Origin: Deltaproteobacteria bacterium | GTDB taxonomy: Bacteria; Myxococcota_A; Polyangia; Polyangiales; Houyiibacteriaceae | DNA: 28,654 nucleotides | Direction: 5' to 3' | Assembly: GCA_003647035.1 (NCBI GenBank) | Contig: QMMB01000001.1 | Span: forward strand, 1-28,654 | Part shown: piece after piece, positions 25,745 through 28,654 of the stretch | Layout of the letters: every line of letters begins with the position of its first letter | Position numbering within the stretch: position 1 is the stretch's first letter | Position numbers and translations under genes: made by a program | Notes under the pieces: generated by a model | Database searches by the model: none | What the model was told of the DNA's origin: nothing | The model's input: the letters and a program-made list of their open reading frames with translations, nothing else

Positions 25745-27154
25745 TCAAGAAAGGAGCAAGCTCCGCGGGTCGGTGACTTTGCCGGTGATGGCCGAGGCGG
25801 CTGCGGTGAGTGGAGATGCGAGGAAAGTGCGGCCACCCTTGCCCTGTCGTCCCTCGAAGTTGCGGTTGGAGGTGCTGACGGCGTACTGACCGGGCTCGAG
25901 ATTGTCACCGTTCATCGCGATGCACATCGAACAACCGGGCTCACGCCACTCGGCGCCCGCGTCTTTGAAGATCTCATCGAGCCCTTCGGCCTCGGCCTGC
26001 TTTTTGATGTCGTGCGAGCCCGGAACCACCAGAGTACGCACACCTTCCGCGACCTTGCGGCCGCTGAACACACCGGCCGCCATGCGTAGATCACCGATAC
26101 GCGAGTTGGTGCACGAGCCGATGAAGACCACGTCGATCTTCTGGCCGAGCAGGGGCTGTCCCGGCCGCAGGCCCATGTAGCCCATCGCTTTTTCGAATGC
26201 GGCTCTTTGTGAGGCGTTCTCGAATGAGTCTGCGGTTGGCATGGACTCGCCGATCTGCATGCCCATGCCCGGGTTCGTGCCGTAGGTGATCATCGGCTCG
26301 AGCTGGTTGGCGTCGATGACGACGGTCTTGTCGAAGGTCGCGCCTTCGTCCGTGCGGAGCTGGCTCCAACGCTCGACCGCAGCGTCCCAATCGGCGCCCT
26401 GCGGCACGCGGTCGCGCCCCTTCAAGTACTCGAAGGTCGTTTCGTCGGGGGCGATCATGCCCGCTCGTGCGCCTGCTTCGATGCTCATGTTGCAGACCGT
26501 CATTCGGCCTTCCATGTCGAGGTTGCGGATGGCCGACCCGGTGAACTCGATCACGTACCCGGTTCCGCCGCCCGTTCCGATCTCCGCGCACAGTGCGAGG
26601 ATGATGTCCTTGGCGGTCACACCTGGCATCAGCTGGCCGTCGAGCCGCACTTCGAGAGTCTTGGCTTTGCGCTGCAGGAGACACTGCGTGGCCAAGACGT
26701 GCTCGACCTCGCTTGTCCCGATGCCAAACGCCAGGGCACCAAAGGCGCCATGGGTCGACGTATGGCTGTCGCCGCAGACGATTGTCTTGCCTGGCTGCGT
26801 GAATCCACGCTCCGGCCCGATCACGTGCACGATCCCGTTGCGGCTGTCGCCGAGAGCGAAGAGCTCCACCCCGAACTCCTTGCAGTTGGTCTCCAACTGA
26901 TCGAGCTGCGCCTTCGACTGGTCGTCGATGACCCACAGCGACTTCGGAAGCGTCGGCGTCGAGTGGTCCATCGTCGCGACGGTCTTGTCCGGGCGGCGAA
27001 CCTTTAGGCCGCGTTCACGGAGACCGGTGAACGCCTGGGGGGACGTCACCTCGTGAATGAGTTGCAGGTCGATGTAGAGGACCGCGGGCCTGTCCGGCTC
27101 CTGAACGACGACGTGATCGTCCCAAACCTTCTGAAATAGTGTTCTTGGTTTCAT
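25745..27154 (-). CDS. leuC: 3-isopropylmalate dehydratase large subunit
   Basis: [58 protein letters not shown] and [12 protein letters not shown]. Confidence 0.97.
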   Translation of the reverse strand: MKPRTLFQKVWDDHVVVQEPDRPAVLYIDLQLIHEVTSPQAFTGLRERGLKVRRPDKTVATMDHSTPTLPKSLWVIDDQSKAQLDQLETNCKEFGVELFALGDSRNGIVHVIGPERGFTQPGKTIVCGDSHTSTHGAFGALAFGIGTSEVEHVLATQCLLQRKAKTLEVRLDGQLMPGVTAKDIILALCAEIGTGGGTGYVIEFTGSAIRNLDMEGRMTVCNMSIEAGARAGMIAPDETTFEYLKGRDRVPQGADWDAAVERWSQLRTDEGATFDKTVVIDANQLEPMITYGTNPGMGMQIGESMPTADSFENASQRAAFEKAMGYMGLRPGQPLLGQKIDVVFIGSCTNSRIGDLRMAAGVFSGRKVAEGVRTLVVPGSHDIKKQAEAEGLDEIFKDAGAEWREPGCSMCIAMNGDNLEPGQYAVSTSNRNFEGRQGKGGRTFLASPLTAAASAITGKVTDPRSLLLS

Positions 27155-27162
27155 GATGCTGG

Positions 27163-28654
27163 TTACGCAGCGCTTCCTGCTGCCGCGCTAGCGGCTTGCG
27201 TCCCTTCTCTGATGGCGAGGATGCGGTTGATAGCCGCGATGTAGGCCTTGGCGCTCGCGACGATGACGTCCGTGTGTGCGCCGTGACCGTGGAACACCCG
27301 TGCGCGCGAGTGCTCGTATTGTGGATTGAGTTTTCCGGGCGGCGCCTCGTTGTCGTCGGTAGAGACGCGCACGCTCACCTCTCCCAGCGCGTCGATGCCT
27401 TCAGTCACCGATTGAACGGTGTACTCGAGCAGCGAGCAGGGGACGTGAACGAGGTTTTGGATGGCCTTGTACGCGGCATCCACCGGGCCGGTTCCGACTT
27501 CCGCCGATGTCTGTGTTTGACCGTCGGGCCCGGTGAGCTTCACGGTGGCCGTCGGCATACCTGTCCCGCACCCCACCTGGATGGCGTCGAGCCTCCAGAA
27601 CTCCTTCGGCTGATAGAGCTCGTCACTCAACAGGGCCAACAAGTCCGCATCGGTGATGTGCTTCTTCTTGTCGGCGAGCTTCTTGAACCGCGCGAACGCC
27701 TTGTTGAGCCCATCACCGGACACGGAGTAACCGAGCTCGGTCAAGCGGTTCGCAAACGCGTGCCGCCCGGAGTGTTTCCCGAGGATGAGCTGCGTCGTAC
27801 CCGCGCCCACCGTCTCCGCGCGCATGATCTCGTAGGTCTCCTCATGCTTGAGCATCCCGTCCTGGTGAGTGCCGGCCTCGTGCGCAAACGCATTCGCACC
27901 CACGATCGCCTTGTTCGGCTGTACGATCATGCCGGTCACCTTGCTCACCAACCGGCTAGCGCGCGTGAGCTGTGTAGTGTCGACGTGCGTGCCGATGCCA
28001 AAGAGGTCGCGCCGCACATGCAGCGCCATGACGACCTCTTCGAGCGAGGCATTGCCGGCTCGCTCGCCGATGCCGTTGACCGCCACTTCGACCTGGCGGG
28101 CGCCGTTGACCACTGCCGAGAGACTATTGGCCACTGCCATCCCGAGGTCGTCGTGGCAATGAACACTGATGACCGCATTATCGATGCCAGGCACGTTCTG
28201 CCGGAGCATCGCAATGCGCTCACCAAACTCCACAGGGATCGTGTAGCCGACCGTGTCCGGGATGTTCAACGTACTGGCTCCCGCCTCGATGGCGGCCTGA
28301 AGTGCTTCGTACAGGAACTCCATCTCGGTTCGGCCGGCGTCCTCGGGGCTGAACTCGACGTCGTCGCAAAAGCTTCGCGCGTACGAGACCATCTCGGTGA
28401 TCTTCGCGAGCACCTCGGCCTTGCTCATCCGTAGCTTGTGCTCGCGATGGATCGGCGACGTCGCGATGAACGTGTGGATCCGGCCGCGCTTCGCCGGTGC
28501 CACAGCCTCCGCAGCCTTGCCGAGGGCGGACTCGTGCCCCCTCGCCCAGCTGCACACCGCCGGCGGCCCCGGGAGCGGCCGGCCCTCGCCGCCCGTCACG
28601 CCCACCGCGGCGGCGATGGTTTTCACGGCTCGCAAGTCATCGTCGGAAGCGGCC
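27163..28654 (-). CDS. leuA: 2-isopropylmalate synthase, 5'-truncated by the window edge
   Basis: [67 protein letters not shown] and GTGPVDA. The frame stays open to the window end (AASDDDL...), so the TTG at 28635 is not the true start. Confidence 0.95.
   Translation of the reverse strand, partial: AASDDDLRAVKTIAAAVGVTGGEGRPLPGPPAVCSWARGHESALGKAAEAVAPAKRGRIHTFIATSPIHREHKLRMSKAEVLAKITEMVSYARSFCDDVEFSPEDAGRTEMEFLYEALQAAIEAGASTLNIPDTVGYTIPVEFGERIAMLRQNVPGIDNAVISVHCHDDLGMAVANSLSAVVNGARQVEVAVNGIGERAGNASLEEVVMALHVRRDLFGIGTHVDTTQLTRASRLVSKVTGMIVQPNKAIVGANAFAHEAGTHQDGMLKHEETYEIMRAETVGAGTTQLILGKHSGRHAFANRLTELGYSVSGDGLNKAFARFKKLADKKKHITDADLLALLSDELYQPKEFWRLDAIQVGCGTGMPTATVKLTGPDGQTQTSAEVGTGPVDAAYKAIQNLVHVPCSLLEYTVQSVTEGIDALGEVSVRVSTDDNEAPPGKLNPQYEHSRARVFHGHGAHTDVIVASAKAYIAAINRILAIREGTQAASAAAGSAA

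Noticed and set aside
27196-28434. 412-aa plus-strand ORF opposite leuA
   Set aside because: It is an antisense shadow of a high-GC coding gene, with no recognisable motifs, and it lies fully inside a well-supported leuA.
1-28654. Additional KstR boxes or a KstR2 box (AnCAAGnnCTTGnT), tRNA or rRNA genes
   Set aside because: I saw none by eye in the intergenic regions. The scan was not exhaustive, and a motif search and tRNAscan would be needed to exclude them.

Overview
A gene-dense, high-GC (roughly 60-65% by spot counts) bacterial chromosomal window with three parts. (1) 3-6297 and 11830-19949 hold a split steroid/sterol catabolic cluster. The first half is Rv3521-like tandem DUF35, ltp4, ltp3, fadD19-like ligase, a KshA-like Rieske oxygenase and a KstR-like TetR. 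The second half is a divergent amidohydrolase and an hsaA-hsaE/tesE-hsaG/tesF-hsaF/tesG-ACAD-ACAD-SDR operon. A perfect KstR operator, TAGAACACGTTCTA (12780-12793), lies in the divergent intergenic region. (2) Between the halves sit a fused rlmKL and a 3-gene cassette (membrane protein, GT-B glycosyltransferase, SAM methyltransferase). A 444-bp, ~92% identical direct repeat of the rlmKL 3' end brackets the cassette, and the two copies differ mostly at synonymous sites. (3) A convergent minus-strand run reads leuA(partial)-leuC-leuD-cimA-leuB-malic enzyme, followed by a DJ-1/PfpI gene. The most notable results are an actinobacterial-style KstR repressor and operator in a host whose housekeeping genes do not look actinomycete-like (Myxococcota or similar is only a guess), and the integrase-less insertion into rlmKL. 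Family assignments come from motif reading and remembered reference sequences, not database searches. I recognised no rRNA, tRNA, CRISPR array, integrase or transposase.
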